Positions 39,072 to 48,345 of a DNA stretch of 64,000 nt are shown in pieces (the first letter of the stretch is position 1; each line of letters opens with the position of its first letter). The stretch covers positions 3,328,001 through 3,392,000 of the forward strand of contig CBDCOH010000002.1 of the NCBI GenBank assembly GCA_965219685.1. Reading direction: 5' to 3'. The notes under the pieces are model-generated. The model ran no database searches and was not told the origin of the DNA. It was given only the letters and a program-made list of their open reading frames with translations. The position numbers were made by a program, and so were the translations under genes. Origin of the DNA: Candidatus Spongiisociaceae bacterium (GTDB taxonomy: Bacteria > Actinomycetota > Acidimicrobiia > Spongiisociales > Spongiisociaceae).

Positions 39072-40250
39072 CTAGGCGACCCGCTCGAGGATCATGGCGT
39101 TTGCCATCCCACCCCCCTCGCACATGGTCTGGAGACCGTAACGGGCTCCTCGACGCTCCATCTCGTGGACGAGGGTGGCGGTCAGTTTGGCGCCCGTCCC
39201 GCCGAGCGGGTGACCCAGGGCGATCGCGCCTCCGTTGACGTTCGTCCGCTGCCAAAGGGGATCGGGATCGCTGCCGCCGTGCTCCGCTAGCCAGATCGCA
39301 ACGACCGACGCGAAGGCCTCGTTCACCTCGAACAGGTCGATGTCGTCGACGGCGAGGCCACACCTGTCGAGCACCCTGGTGGTGGCCGGGATGGGCCCGG
39401 TGAGCATGGTGACCGGATCGACGCCCGCCAACGCGAACCCGACGAAGCGCGCCTTCGGGACCAGGCCGAACTCGTGTGCCTTGGCTTCCGACATGATGAG
39501 CACCGCGGCAGCACCGTCGGATATCTGCGACGAGTTGCCGGCGGTCACGACACCGTCGGGTTTGAAGACCGGACCGAGGCCGGCCAGTACCTCTATCGAG
39601 GTGTCCGGTCGGATTCCCTCGTCGGTGACCATCACCTCTTTCGATCCGTTCAGCGCCACCTCGACCGGGACGATCTCCCTGTCGAACCGCCCCTCCTCTG
39701 TAGCCTGGGCAGCACGCATGTGCGAGTCATAGGCGATCCGGTCGAGGGACGCCCTCGACAGTCCCCACTTCTCGGCGATCATCTCGGCTGATATGCCCTG
39801 CGGGACGAGGCTGGCGGCGTAGCGCTCGACCATGAGGGGGCCGAACGGCTTGCCCGGCCCCTGATGGGCTGTGATCCCCATCGGAACGCGGGTCATGGAC
39901 TCGACCCCACCCGCGATGGCCACGTCGTAGGCGCCCGCCATCACCCCCTGAGCGGCGAAGTGCGACGACTGCTGTCCGGATCCGCACTGGCGGTCGATGG
40001 TCGTACCCACCACGTCTTCGGGGAAGCCGGCCGCCAGCGCCGCGTTGCGACCCACGTTTAGGCTCTGCTCGCCGGTCTGCATCACGCAGCCCATGATCAC
40101 GTCGTCGACGAGGGCGGGATCCAAGTCGTTCCGCTCGACGAGTGCACGCAGGGTGATGGCGGCGAGGTCCACGGGGTGGTAGCCGTCGAGTTTGCCGTTC
40201 CGCTTGCCGGTGGGGGTGCGCACCGCATCCACGATCACTGCTCTCTCCAT
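39072..40250 (-). CDS. Thiolase (acetyl-CoA C-acyltransferase)
   Basis: DRQCGSG, EVNEAFA, GGAIALGHPLG, MCEGGG. Confidence 0.96.
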   Translation of the reverse strand: MERAVIVDAVRTPTGKRNGKLDGYHPVDLAAITLRALVERNDLDPALVDDVIMGCVMQTGEQSLNVGRNAALAAGFPEDVVGTTIDRQCGSGQQSSHFAAQGVMAGAYDVAIAGGVESMTRVPMGITAHQGPGKPFGPLMVERYAASLVPQGISAEMIAEKWGLSRASLDRIAYDSHMRAAQATEEGRFDREIVPVEVALNGSKEVMVTDEGIRPDTSIEVLAGLGPVFKPDGVVTAGNSSQISDGAAAVLIMSEAKAHEFGLVPKARFVGFALAGVDPVTMLTGPIPATTRVLDRCGLAVDDIDLFEVNEAFASVVAIWLAEHGGSDPDPLWQRTNVNGGAIALGHPLGGTGAKLTATLVHEMERRGARYGLQTMCEGGGMANAMILERVA

Positions 40251-40300
40251 GGCTACTCCTCGTCGGATGATCGTTCGTTTCCGGTTCCGGGTGTCCAGGG

Positions 40301-40374
40301 TGGAGGTGATCGGATTCGAACCGACGGCCTCCTGGATGCAAACCAGGCGCTCTGCCAGACTGAGCTACACCCCC
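40301..40374 (-). tRNA. alaT: tRNA-Ala(TGC); CCA not encoded
   Basis: GGGGGTGTAGCTCAGTCTGGCAGAGCGCCTGGTTTGCATCCAGGAGGCCGTCGGTTCGAATCCGATCACCTCCA: cloverleaf, G3:U70 pair, TGC anticodon. Confidence 0.97.
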
Positions 40375-40459
40375 GACAGGTACCAGTCTATGCCAGGCGC
40401 GACGTGACCGATGCCGGATGGGAACCTCGGGCCGGCCGGGCAGCCCCCGGCGTTGGTGG

Positions 40460-42022
40460 TCAAGGTAGGGCCCGCCCGGCCAAGACGCCGGTAGGGTTGC
40501 CGTTCTCAACCGCGATCCGGCCGTTGACCAGCACGTGTTCGATTCCCTCCGGATGGCTCTTGGGAACGTCGTAGGTGGCGGTGTCCGTTACGAGATCCGG
40601 GTCGAAGACCACCACGTCGGCTGCCTTGCCCGGCTGAATGAGACCGCGGTCTGTGAAGCCGAAGCGGGACGCCGGAAGGCCCGTCATCCGGTTGACCAGG
40701 TCCTCCAGCGGGTTTCCGTACCGTCTCCTCAGCGGACCCAACACCTTCGGGAAGGTGCCGTACGCCCTTGGATGCGGCTTGTCGCCCGCCAGGATGCTGT
40801 CGCTGCTGACCGCGTAGTCCTCCCGTTCGAGCAGCTTCATGTATTTCTCGCTGCCCGCTTCGACCACTTCGTCGGGAGGAGGGGGCATGCGATGGCCCAC
40901 CTCCAGGTTCTCCTCCAGGAGGATCTGGCAGACGAACTCCTCGCATGTCTCGAAGCCGCGCGCCTCGGTCGCCTCCGGGATGGTGAGGCCGACCAGATGG
41001 TTGTTGATCGCAGAAGGGGCGTGGCTGATCATCATGTCGCCCCATGACATGATCCGGTTGGCGATCCGCACGCCTGATACCTCGCCCTCCATCCGCTCGC
41101 GCTGCACCGGATCGGCCAAGCGCTCGAGGATCTCGTCGGGACCGCCCACCTGGGCCCAGGGCGGTAGGAAGGCCATGAGCGTGCTCGACCCCGAGAAGTA
41201 CGGGTACGCGTCGAAGGTCACATCGAGGCCGTCGGCTTTAGCGCGGTCGACCATCGAGATGTCCCAGCCGGGGCCGAAGTGGGTCAAGTGGAGCCCGATG
41301 CCCGACCCTCTGGCTACGTCCATGGCCTCCTGTACGGGATCGAACGGTTCCTCCCGGAAAATGGTGCGGAGGTGCGGGGCGAACACGCCGTCCGCGGCCG
41401 GGCGGCATAACTCGATCAACTCCTGCGTGTCCGAGTAGACCTGCGGGTAGTAGGCCAGCCCGGTGGAGAACCCGACCCCCCACTCCTCCATCCCCCGCTC
41501 GACCAGACGCTGGGCCAGCCTCAGGTCTTCGCCGACCAGCGGGGTGTCCTCCATTCCCACGACCTGCAGGCGGATCGCTCCATGGGGGATCAGGTAAGCG
41601 GTGTTGATGGCCACATGCCCGTCGAAGCGGTCCCGGTACTCAGCCACGCTCGACCAGTCCCAGCCCACGTCCAAGCTGGTGTTGAGGCCTGCCAGGTACC
41701 GGCGGTAGAGCTGGAGTTTGTCGGGGGACAGGGGCGCGTACGAGAGGCCGTCCTGGCCCAGCACCTCGGTCGTGATCCCCTGCAGGAGCTTCGGGGCGTG
41801 CTGCGGATCGGCGAGGAGCATCACGTCGGAGTGAGCGTGGGAATCGATGAACCCAGGCGCCACCACCTTCCCGCCCGCCTCGATGGTCACCTCGGAATCA
41901 ACGCCGGCGAGCCGGTCAACCGCCTCTATGAAGCCGCCCGCTATCCCGACGTCAACGGACCGGGCGGGTCCGCCGGATCCGTCGATTACGGCCCCGTCCC
42001 GGATTATCACGTCAAAGTTCAT
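40460..42022 (-). CDS. N-acyl-D-amino-acid deacylase family amidohydrolase
   Basis: PGFIDSHAHSD, GITT...GQDG.S, STGL.Y.P, HPRAYGTFP, G..AD.VVFDP. Confidence 0.92.
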   Translation of the reverse strand: MNFDVIIRDGAVIDGSGGPARSVDVGIAGGFIEAVDRLAGVDSEVTIEAGGKVVAPGFIDSHAHSDVMLLADPQHAPKLLQGITTEVLGQDGLSYAPLSPDKLQLYRRYLAGLNTSLDVGWDWSSVAEYRDRFDGHVAINTAYLIPHGAIRLQVVGMEDTPLVGEDLRLAQRLVERGMEEWGVGFSTGLAYYPQVYSDTQELIELCRPAADGVFAPHLRTIFREEPFDPVQEAMDVARGSGIGLHLTHFGPGWDISMVDRAKADGLDVTFDAYPYFSGSSTLMAFLPPWAQVGGPDEILERLADPVQRERMEGEVSGVRIANRIMSWGDMMISHAPSAINNHLVGLTIPEATEARGFETCEEFVCQILLEENLEVGHRMPPPPDEVVEAGSEKYMKLLEREDYAVSSDSILAGDKPHPRAYGTFPKVLGPLRRRYGNPLEDLVNRMTGLPASRFGFTDRGLIQPGKAADVVVFDPDLVTDTATYDVPKSHPEGIEHVLVNGRIAVENGNPTGVLAGRALP

Positions 42023-42033
42023 TGCGTTCGCCC

Positions 42034-42075
42034 GTTGCCAGTTGCCAGTTGCCAGTTGCCAGTTGCCAGTTGCCA
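42034..42075. repeat. Perfect heptamer array (GTTGCCA)x6
   Basis: Six perfect units ending about 12 bp upstream of the deacylase ATG. Confidence 0.95.
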
Positions 42076-42180
42076 GTCAGGCTACCCGTTCACCGCTACC
42101 CGAGCACTGCTCAGCCCAGGCCAAGTGCCCGTTCCTGTGGAGGGCCGCTTGGGTTCTCCGAATCGCAGTCCGGATCACGA

Positions 42181-42215
42181 ACCACCAGCCGCCGATCACC
42201 CGCCACCAACCACCG
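42181..42215. repeat. Degenerate heptamer array (RCCACCA-like)x5 overlapping the ABC ATPase stop
   Basis: accacca gccgccg atcaccc gccacca accaccg. Confidence 0.7.
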
Positions 42216-43263
42216 GTATCCCATCCAGGATGCACCTGACCCGGCGACCATTCGCCCCCGTCGCCCGGAGGGACTGGGGCTCGAGGCACTCCGCCCGCGA
42301 GTATGGGCAGCGGGGCTCGAACCGGCAGCCCGGCGGCACCGTGGCCACGTCCAGGGCTTCGCCGCGAATCACCTCGCCCCGTTGGTCGGCCCGGAGCTTG
42401 GGACGGGGAACGCTCTCGATAAGGGCCTTCGTGTACGGGTGGCGGGGCCGGGCGAACACATCGGCAGTGGTCCCGCTCTCGACTATCTGGCCCGCGTACA
42501 TGACCGCCACCCGCTCGCTGAGATGGCTGACGACCCGCAGGTCATGCGAGATGAACAGGTAGGCCATGCCCAGTTCCTGCTGCAGGCGCTTCAGCAGGTT
42601 GAGGATCTGCGCCTGAACCGACACGTCCAGTGCCGAGGTCGGCTCGTCCGCCACTATCAGCTTCGGGCGCAGCGCGATGGCGCGGGCGATGCATACCCGC
42701 TGGGCCTGGCCGCCGCTCAACTCGTGTGGGAAGCGGTCCGCGATGGTGGCGGGAAGGCCGACTGTACCCAGCAGATCGATCACCGTATCGAGCGCCTCCG
42801 TCGCGTTCCGGACCTCCCCATGCGTGCGGAGGGGATGGGCGACGGCTTGCAGGACGGAGTGCCTGGGGTTGAGCGAGGACAGCGGATCCTGGAAGATCAG
42901 CTGCATCTGGCGGCGCGTCCTTCGCAGTTCCGCCTTCTCGAGATCGAGAAGGCGGACTCCATCGAATTCGATCGCTCCCGAATCGGGCCGTTCGAGGGCG
43001 AGGAGCAACCGACCGACCGTCGTCTTGCCCGACCCGCTCTCGCCGACCAGTCCCAACGTCTCGCCCGACCGGATGGCCAGGCTGACATCGTCGCAGGCCC
43101 TGACGACAGGGGCGGGGCGCCGCAGCGCGATATCGCTAAGCGGGCGCGGCAACGGGTAGTACTTCTTGAGGCCCTTGATGGTGACGAGGGGTCGCTCGCT
43201 CGCCACGGAGTCCTCCATGACCCTACGCCGCCCGCCGCCGACCGGGGACGAGTCGACCGTCAT
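42196..43263 (-). CDS. Oligopeptide/dipeptide ABC ATP-binding protein (AppF/DppF-like)
   Basis: GESGSGKTT, FQDP, LSGGQ, DEPTSALDV, HPYT, GCRFEPRC. Confidence 0.94.
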   Translation of the reverse strand: MTVDSSPVGGGRRRVMEDSVASERPLVTIKGLKKYYPLPRPLSDIALRRPAPVVRACDDVSLAIRSGETLGLVGESGSGKTTVGRLLLALERPDSGAIEFDGVRLLDLEKAELRRTRRQMQLIFQDPLSSLNPRHSVLQAVAHPLRTHGEVRNATEALDTVIDLLGTVGLPATIADRFPHELSGGQAQRVCIARAIALRPKLIVADEPTSALDVSVQAQILNLLKRLQQELGMAYLFISHDLRVVSHLSERVAVMYAGQIVESGTTADVFARPRHPYTKALIESVPRPKLRADQRGEVIRGEALDVATVPPGCRFEPRCPYSRAECLEPQSLRATGANGRRVRCILDGIPVVGGG

Positions 43264-44324
43264 GCCCCGGCCTCCGGGGCATCGTAGAAGCAGGCCACCC
43301 GGTGGTGCTCGCCCACCTCCCGGAGGGGTGGGCGCTCGGTGGCGCACCGCGGGTCGAGCCGGTGCGGGCACCTGTCGAAGAAGGCGCACCCTGCGAACGG
43401 CTCGGTCAGGTCCGGCATGGAGCCCTTCATGGTGACCAGCCACTCGTTATCGTCGTCCAGGTCGGGTGTCGATGCCAGCAGCCCTTGCGTGTATGGATGC
43501 CGGGGATCGGTGAACAGATCCTGCACCCGGGCCTCTTCGACGATCCGGCCGGCATACATGACATAGACCCGGTCGCAATTCTCGGCCACCAGCCCGATGT
43601 CGTGGGTGATCAGGAGCAGACCCATCTGCATCTCCTGCTGCAAGTCGGCGATCAGCTCGAGCACCTGTGCCTCGATGGTCACATCAAGGGCGGTGGTGGG
43701 TTCGTCGGCGATCAGCAGCGACGGGCTCCACGCCAGCCCGGCGGCGATCATCACCCTCTGGCGCAGGCCGCCGCTGAACTCGTGCGGGAAGCTCCTCACC
43801 CGGCGACCCGCGCCCGGGATGCGGACCTTCCGGAACAACTCGACGACCCGGACCTTGACGCGCCTGGCCATCCGGCGAAGGCGGTGCAGTGCCAGCAGTT
43901 CGTCGAGCACCACGACCAGCCTCATACGGCCGGGCTGGTGGACCCTCATCCCGTCCGCCACCTGCTCGCCCACCCGCAGGACGGGATTGAGGCTGCTCAT
44001 CGGATCCTGGAAGATCATGGCGATGTCCCGACCCCGGATATTGCGGATCGCCTCGGCTGATTGGCTCCGCAGGTCCACCCCGTTGAAGACGATCCGTCCA
44101 GACTCGATCCGGCCGGGTCGGGTTGTCAGGCCCATGACGGCCAGCGCCGTCTGGCTCTTGCCGGACCCGGACTCGCCGACCAGCCCCACCGCCTCGCCCT
44201 TCGCGATCTTGAGGTCTATGTCGTCCACGGCCCGCACCACGCCGCTGCGGGTGTAGAAGTAGACCCGCAGGTCCTCCACGCTCAGTACTGCCCCGCCGTT
44301 AGCGGACCTGTCCGGTGACGTCAT
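43260..44324 (-). CDS. Oligopeptide/dipeptide ABC ATP-binding protein (AppD/DppD-like)
   Basis: GESGSGKS, FQDPMSSLNP, FSGGLRQR, DEPTTALDV, HPYTQGL. Confidence 0.94.
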   Translation of the reverse strand: MTSPDRSANGGAVLSVEDLRVYFYTRSGVVRAVDDIDLKIAKGEAVGLVGESGSGKSQTALAVMGLTTRPGRIESGRIVFNGVDLRSQSAEAIRNIRGRDIAMIFQDPMSSLNPVLRVGEQVADGMRVHQPGRMRLVVVLDELLALHRLRRMARRVKVRVVELFRKVRIPGAGRRVRSFPHEFSGGLRQRVMIAAGLAWSPSLLIADEPTTALDVTIEAQVLELIADLQQEMQMGLLLITHDIGLVAENCDRVYVMYAGRIVEEARVQDLFTDPRHPYTQGLLASTPDLDDDNEWLVTMKGSMPDLTEPFAGCAFFDRCPHRLDPRCATERPPLREVGEHHRVACFYDAPEAGA

Positions 44325-44331
44325 ATCAGCT

Positions 44332-45240
44332 TCACCTGATGTCCCGCATGCGGGGGTCGAGGGCGTCCCTCAATCCGTCGCCCAGGATGTTGAATCCGAT
44401 CACGCCCCAGCTGATTGCAAGGCCGGGGAAGACCACCGTCCATGACGCCACCGAGATGAACGAGCGGGACTCGCTAAGCATCCTGCCCCAACTCGGCTCC
44501 GGCGGCTGGGTACCGAGCCCGACGAAGCTCAGGCCGGCCTCGGCGATCAGGGTGCCGCCGAATCCGAGGGTCATGACCACCAGGACCGGGACGAAACTGT
44601 TGGCGAGCACCTGGCGGACCATGATGGACACGGGACCGTCGCCGATGGCCCGGGCGGCGGTCACGTAGTCCTGTTCGCGCACTTCCAGGACCGAACTCCT
44701 CACCAGCCGGGCGTATCCGGGTATGCCGGGCAACGCGAGGGCGATGATCACATTCCACACGCCCGGACCCAGGAAGGCTACGACCATCAGCGCCAGCACC
44801 AGCCAGGGGATGGCCTGCAGGATGTCCATCAACCTCATTATCAACTGATCGACCTTGCGCCCGACGAATCCGGCCACCAGACCGAGCACACCTCCGGCCG
44901 TTACGGCCAGCAACACCGCGGCCACCGAGATGACCAGGGCCTTCCTCCCACCCCAGATCACCCGGCTCAGCACGTCGCGCCCGAAGTCGTCGGTGCCGAA
45001 GGGATAGTCCCAGCCGGGTGGGGTGAACTGGGGGCCATGGTCAGGAATCACCGGATCGTACGGCGCGATGATCGGCGCGAAGAGGGACACAATCACCATG
45101 CCGAGGACGAGAACGAGTCCGACCAGGGCCCTCCGGGTGTGAAGGATCGTCGAGAGCACTTTTAGGGCCCTCGCCCTGCGGGTGGTCCGGACGATCGACA
45201 CCTCCCGCGCAGCTGCCTGCTCGCTGCCGGTACCGGTCAC
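44332..45240 (-). CDS. Peptide ABC permease (DppC-like)
   Basis: FGTDDFGRD, DYVTAARAIG, EAGLSFVGLG, GDGLRDALDP. Confidence 0.94.
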   Translation of the reverse strand: MTGTGSEQAAAREVSIVRTTRRARALKVLSTILHTRRALVGLVLVLGMVIVSLFAPIIAPYDPVIPDHGPQFTPPGWDYPFGTDDFGRDVLSRVIWGGRKALVISVAAVLLAVTAGGVLGLVAGFVGRKVDQLIMRLMDILQAIPWLVLALMVVAFLGPGVWNVIIALALPGIPGYARLVRSSVLEVREQDYVTAARAIGDGPVSIMVRQVLANSFVPVLVVMTLGFGGTLIAEAGLSFVGLGTQPPEPSWGRMLSESRSFISVASWTVVFPGLAISWGVIGFNILGDGLRDALDPRMRDIR

Positions 45241-46193
45241 TCGAGCCTCACCTTGGGGTTGAGAACCGGGTAGAGCAGGTCGGTGACCAGGTTCACCAGG
45301 GAGAACGAGATGGCGAAGAAGAAGACCGCCGCTTGGATCACGATGTAGTCGCGCGACGAGACGGCTTCGAGGAACAGCCGTCCTACCCCTGGCAGGGTGA
45401 ACACCACCTCCACGAAGATCAGGCCGGAGATCAGGTCCGCTACATGGAGACCGATGACGGTGACGGTGGGGATGAGGGCGTTGCGCAGCGCGTGGCGGAT
45501 GTTGACCACACTGGACGGTAGACCCTTGGCGCGGGCGGCCAGCACGTAGGGCCTCCGGAGTTCCTCCAGGGTGCTGGACCGGAGCAGGCGGCTGATGGAG
45601 GCCGCGCTGTACATGCCCACCGCCAACGAAGGAAGCAACAGGCTGTGAGCGGTCCCCAGCGGATCGCCGAGCGGGTCTATTCCCAGGCTGCCGATAATCG
45701 GAAACCAGCCGAGCCAGAGCCCTCCCGTCAGCAGGAGCAGCATGGCCAGGTAGAAACTGGGCAGGGCAACGCCAACCAACGAGGCGAGGGAGGAAACGCC
45801 GTCGAGCCAGGTTCGATGGTTGAACGCGCCAGTCATACCCAGCGACATCCCGATCAGCACCGTGAACGCCAACGACATGACGGCAAGCGGGACCGTTACT
45901 CGCAGACCACGTCTGAGGATCTCGAAGGCGGGCTGGCCGGAGTAGAGAGAGTTACCCAGGTCACCCTTCACCGCGCCGGTCACGAACACCCAGTACTGCT
46001 CGACCAAGGGCTTGTCCAGACCGTGTTGGCGCCGGAACTCCTCGGCCAACTCCGGATGCTCCCGCGCCATCTCGCCGTACCTGATGAGGGCCGGGTCACC
46101 GCCGATGGCCCGGATAAGGAAGAAGACGAGCGTGGTCACCCCGACCGTGACCACGAGCGCCCACGCCAGCCGACGGACTATGTAGGAGCCCAC
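45237..46193 (-). CDS. Peptide ABC permease (DppB-like)
   Basis: GLDKPL..QY, GDLG.S, YVLAARAKGL, HALRNAL, DLLY..LNP. Confidence 0.94.
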   Translation of the reverse strand: MGSYIVRRLAWALVVTVGVTTLVFFLIRAIGGDPALIRYGEMAREHPELAEEFRRQHGLDKPLVEQYWVFVTGAVKGDLGNSLYSGQPAFEILRRGLRVTVPLAVMSLAFTVLIGMSLGMTGAFNHRTWLDGVSSLASLVGVALPSFYLAMLLLLTGGLWLGWFPIIGSLGIDPLGDPLGTAHSLLLPSLAVGMYSAASISRLLRSSTLEELRRPYVLAARAKGLPSSVVNIRHALRNALIPTVTVIGLHVADLISGLIFVEVVFTLPGVGRLFLEAVSSRDYIVIQAAVFFFAISFSLVNLVTDLLYPVLNPKVRLE

Positions 46194-46304
46194 GCCTCAA
46201 CCATCGTCAGATTGCACGCCGAACACGACATCCTCCCCGCCCGACGACCAACTCGCTGGTCGACGAGCGGCGGGAGAGATGTGGTGGATTGTGATGGACG
46301 CCTG

Positions 46305-48083
46305 CTATGCCTCGATCCAGGCCGTTTCCCAGCGTTGCTGCTGTTCGGGGAACATTGGGAAGCCCTTGACCTTGTTGGACATGGCGACCGCGTACGGCGC
46401 CGCCACGATAGCGATGAAGGTCGCACCCTCGTTGAGGTACTTGTTCCAAGCCATCGAGTAGAGCCTCCCGCGCTCGTCGACATCGGCAACGGCGCTTGCC
46501 TCCGAGATCCATGCCGAGATCTCGGGGTCGGTGTAGCCGGTGACGTCGCCTTCCCCGATGAACCGTGAACGCGGCCCGGGATCCATGAAGCTGATGGAGG
46601 CGCTGTTGGCCATCTGCCAGTCCTGCTGTGACCAGCGGTTGGCCCAGAACCCCTCCTCCAGTGCCGCGACCGTGGCGTTGATCCCGACCGCCTGCAGGTC
46701 GGCGGCCACCGACTCGGCGACCTTCTTGATGTGCGCCACGTCGTGTGCCGTCAACTCGAGATCGAATCCGAGTACTCCCTCAGCTTCCAGGATCGCCCGC
46801 GCCCCCTCCGGGTCGTAGGGCGGCGGGGTGATGTTGAGCGGGACATTGGACAGCGGCGGCACGTTGGTGTAGGCCGGCGCACCCAAGCCGAAGAGAGCCC
46901 GCTCGTTGGCAGCGTCCCGGTTGATCGACATGGCAATGGCCCGCCGCACGTTCGGGTTGTCGAGTGGCGGATACCTCGGGCTGATCCGGAACCAGTCCAC
47001 CCATGTGGAGGGCAGTACCTGGACGTTGATCGAATCGTCGGCCTGCAGGGCGGGGATCTCCACTCGCGGAGGGTTCCTGATCCAGTCGACTTCGCCGGCC
47101 CGGAGAGCCGCCAGACGGCTGGTCTCGTCCGGGATGGGGATCATGCGGATCTCATCGAGGATCGGCAGGTCCTCCTCCCAGTAGTTGGGGTTCTTCTCCA
47201 TGATCGTCACCACATCCGGGATGTGCTCCTTGAAGCGGAAGGGTCCCGTACCCACCGGGTAGCTGTTGATGTCGGCGATGGCCTCCTGCGGCATGATCGC
47301 GTTGACATGCACGAAGAACAGTTCCTCGAGGCGGGGATGGGGCTGATGGAGCGTGATGTGGATCGTGTGCGAGTCGGTGGCCTCGATGCTCTTGAAGAGG
47401 CTCTCATCGGTCTCCGCATTCACGAACGAGGCCCGGTACGCCGAACCTGTCTCCGGATTCAGCACGCGCATCGTGCTGTAGATGACGTCGTCGGCGGTCA
47501 TCTCCCGTCCGTTGTGGAAGTAGACCCCGCGCCGGACGTTGAAGGTCCACTCCATGAAGTCGTCGCTGAACTCCCAGCTCATCGCCTGCTCCGGAACGTG
47601 CCGGTAGGTAACCGGATCGAGATCCGACAGGCCGCGGAAGATCTGCGAGGGTGCCCACGCGTCCGTGAGGTTGAACTGCTTGTGGTAGTCGAAGTTCTGT
47701 ATCGACCCATCGATCCCCAGCCTGATGTTCTGCGGCGGCAGCTCGGGTTCGGGTGGCGGAGGGGGCGCCGTCGTACCGGGAGCAACCGTCACGGTGGTGG
47801 TCGAAGCCTCGGTGAGGGCCGTCGTGGTGTCGGCTGCCATCGCCTCGGTGGTCGTGGGCGCCGCCGTGGTCGGTGCCGCCGTCGTGGGTGCGGCAGTGGT
47901 GGGGGCTGCCGTTGCAGGGGCCGCGGTATCGGGAGCCGGAGCGTCCTCCCCGCACGCCGCCGCCAGTGAACCAGCCGCTACCAGCGAACCTCCGTAGCCC
48001 ATCCACTTCAGGAATGTCCGTCGATCTACAGGGGATCCGCGCCCGGGATCCTCGGGTCGCGTCTCTTCACTTCTACTAGCCAT
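46305..48083 (-). CDS. Peptide ABC substrate-binding lipoprotein with Tat signal
   Basis: DRRTFLK, LAAAC, PTTAA linker, FHNG..MTADDV, PVGTGPF, VRRAI. Confidence 0.92.
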   Translation of the reverse strand: MASRSEETRPEDPGRGSPVDRRTFLKWMGYGGSLVAAGSLAAACGEDAPAPDTAAPATAAPTTAAPTTAAPTTAAPTTTEAMAADTTTALTEASTTTVTVAPGTTAPPPPPEPELPPQNIRLGIDGSIQNFDYHKQFNLTDAWAPSQIFRGLSDLDPVTYRHVPEQAMSWEFSDDFMEWTFNVRRGVYFHNGREMTADDVIYSTMRVLNPETGSAYRASFVNAETDESLFKSIEATDSHTIHITLHQPHPRLEELFFVHVNAIMPQEAIADINSYPVGTGPFRFKEHIPDVVTIMEKNPNYWEEDLPILDEIRMIPIPDETSRLAALRAGEVDWIRNPPRVEIPALQADDSINVQVLPSTWVDWFRISPRYPPLDNPNVRRAIAMSINRDAANERALFGLGAPAYTNVPPLSNVPLNITPPPYDPEGARAILEAEGVLGFDLELTAHDVAHIKKVAESVAADLQAVGINATVAALEEGFWANRWSQQDWQMANSASISFMDPGPRSRFIGEGDVTGYTDPEISAWISEASAVADVDERGRLYSMAWNKYLNEGATFIAIVAAPYAVAMSNKVKGFPMFPEQQQRWETAWIEA

Positions 48084-48345
48084 GGATTCTCCTCCCGGGT
48101 TTCCCCAATCCACCCACCGCGGCTGATCCTCGGCGTGCCCGGGCCACGGCGCAGGCGACTGGAGTGCGCTCGACGTGGATCTCCTAGATACCTCCCTTGC
48201 AACGACCGGGCACTACTCGCTTCTGACTCTAGGAGCCAGCAAAAAGGACCGTCAACCAAAACTCCGGCTTTTCGCTTATCCACGCGGCACCGAACCGAAT
48301 CATCCACCTCGGTATCGTGAGACCAAGTCGGAAGGTGAGCGACAA

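Noticed and set aside
40301-40374. tRNA-Ala as a genomic-island integration site
   Set aside because: No integrase, no duplicated tRNA 3' end seen, and the 3' neighbour is a thiolase.
47755-47940. 15-bp repeats in the peptide SBP gene
   Set aside because: They encode a PTTAA low-complexity linker.
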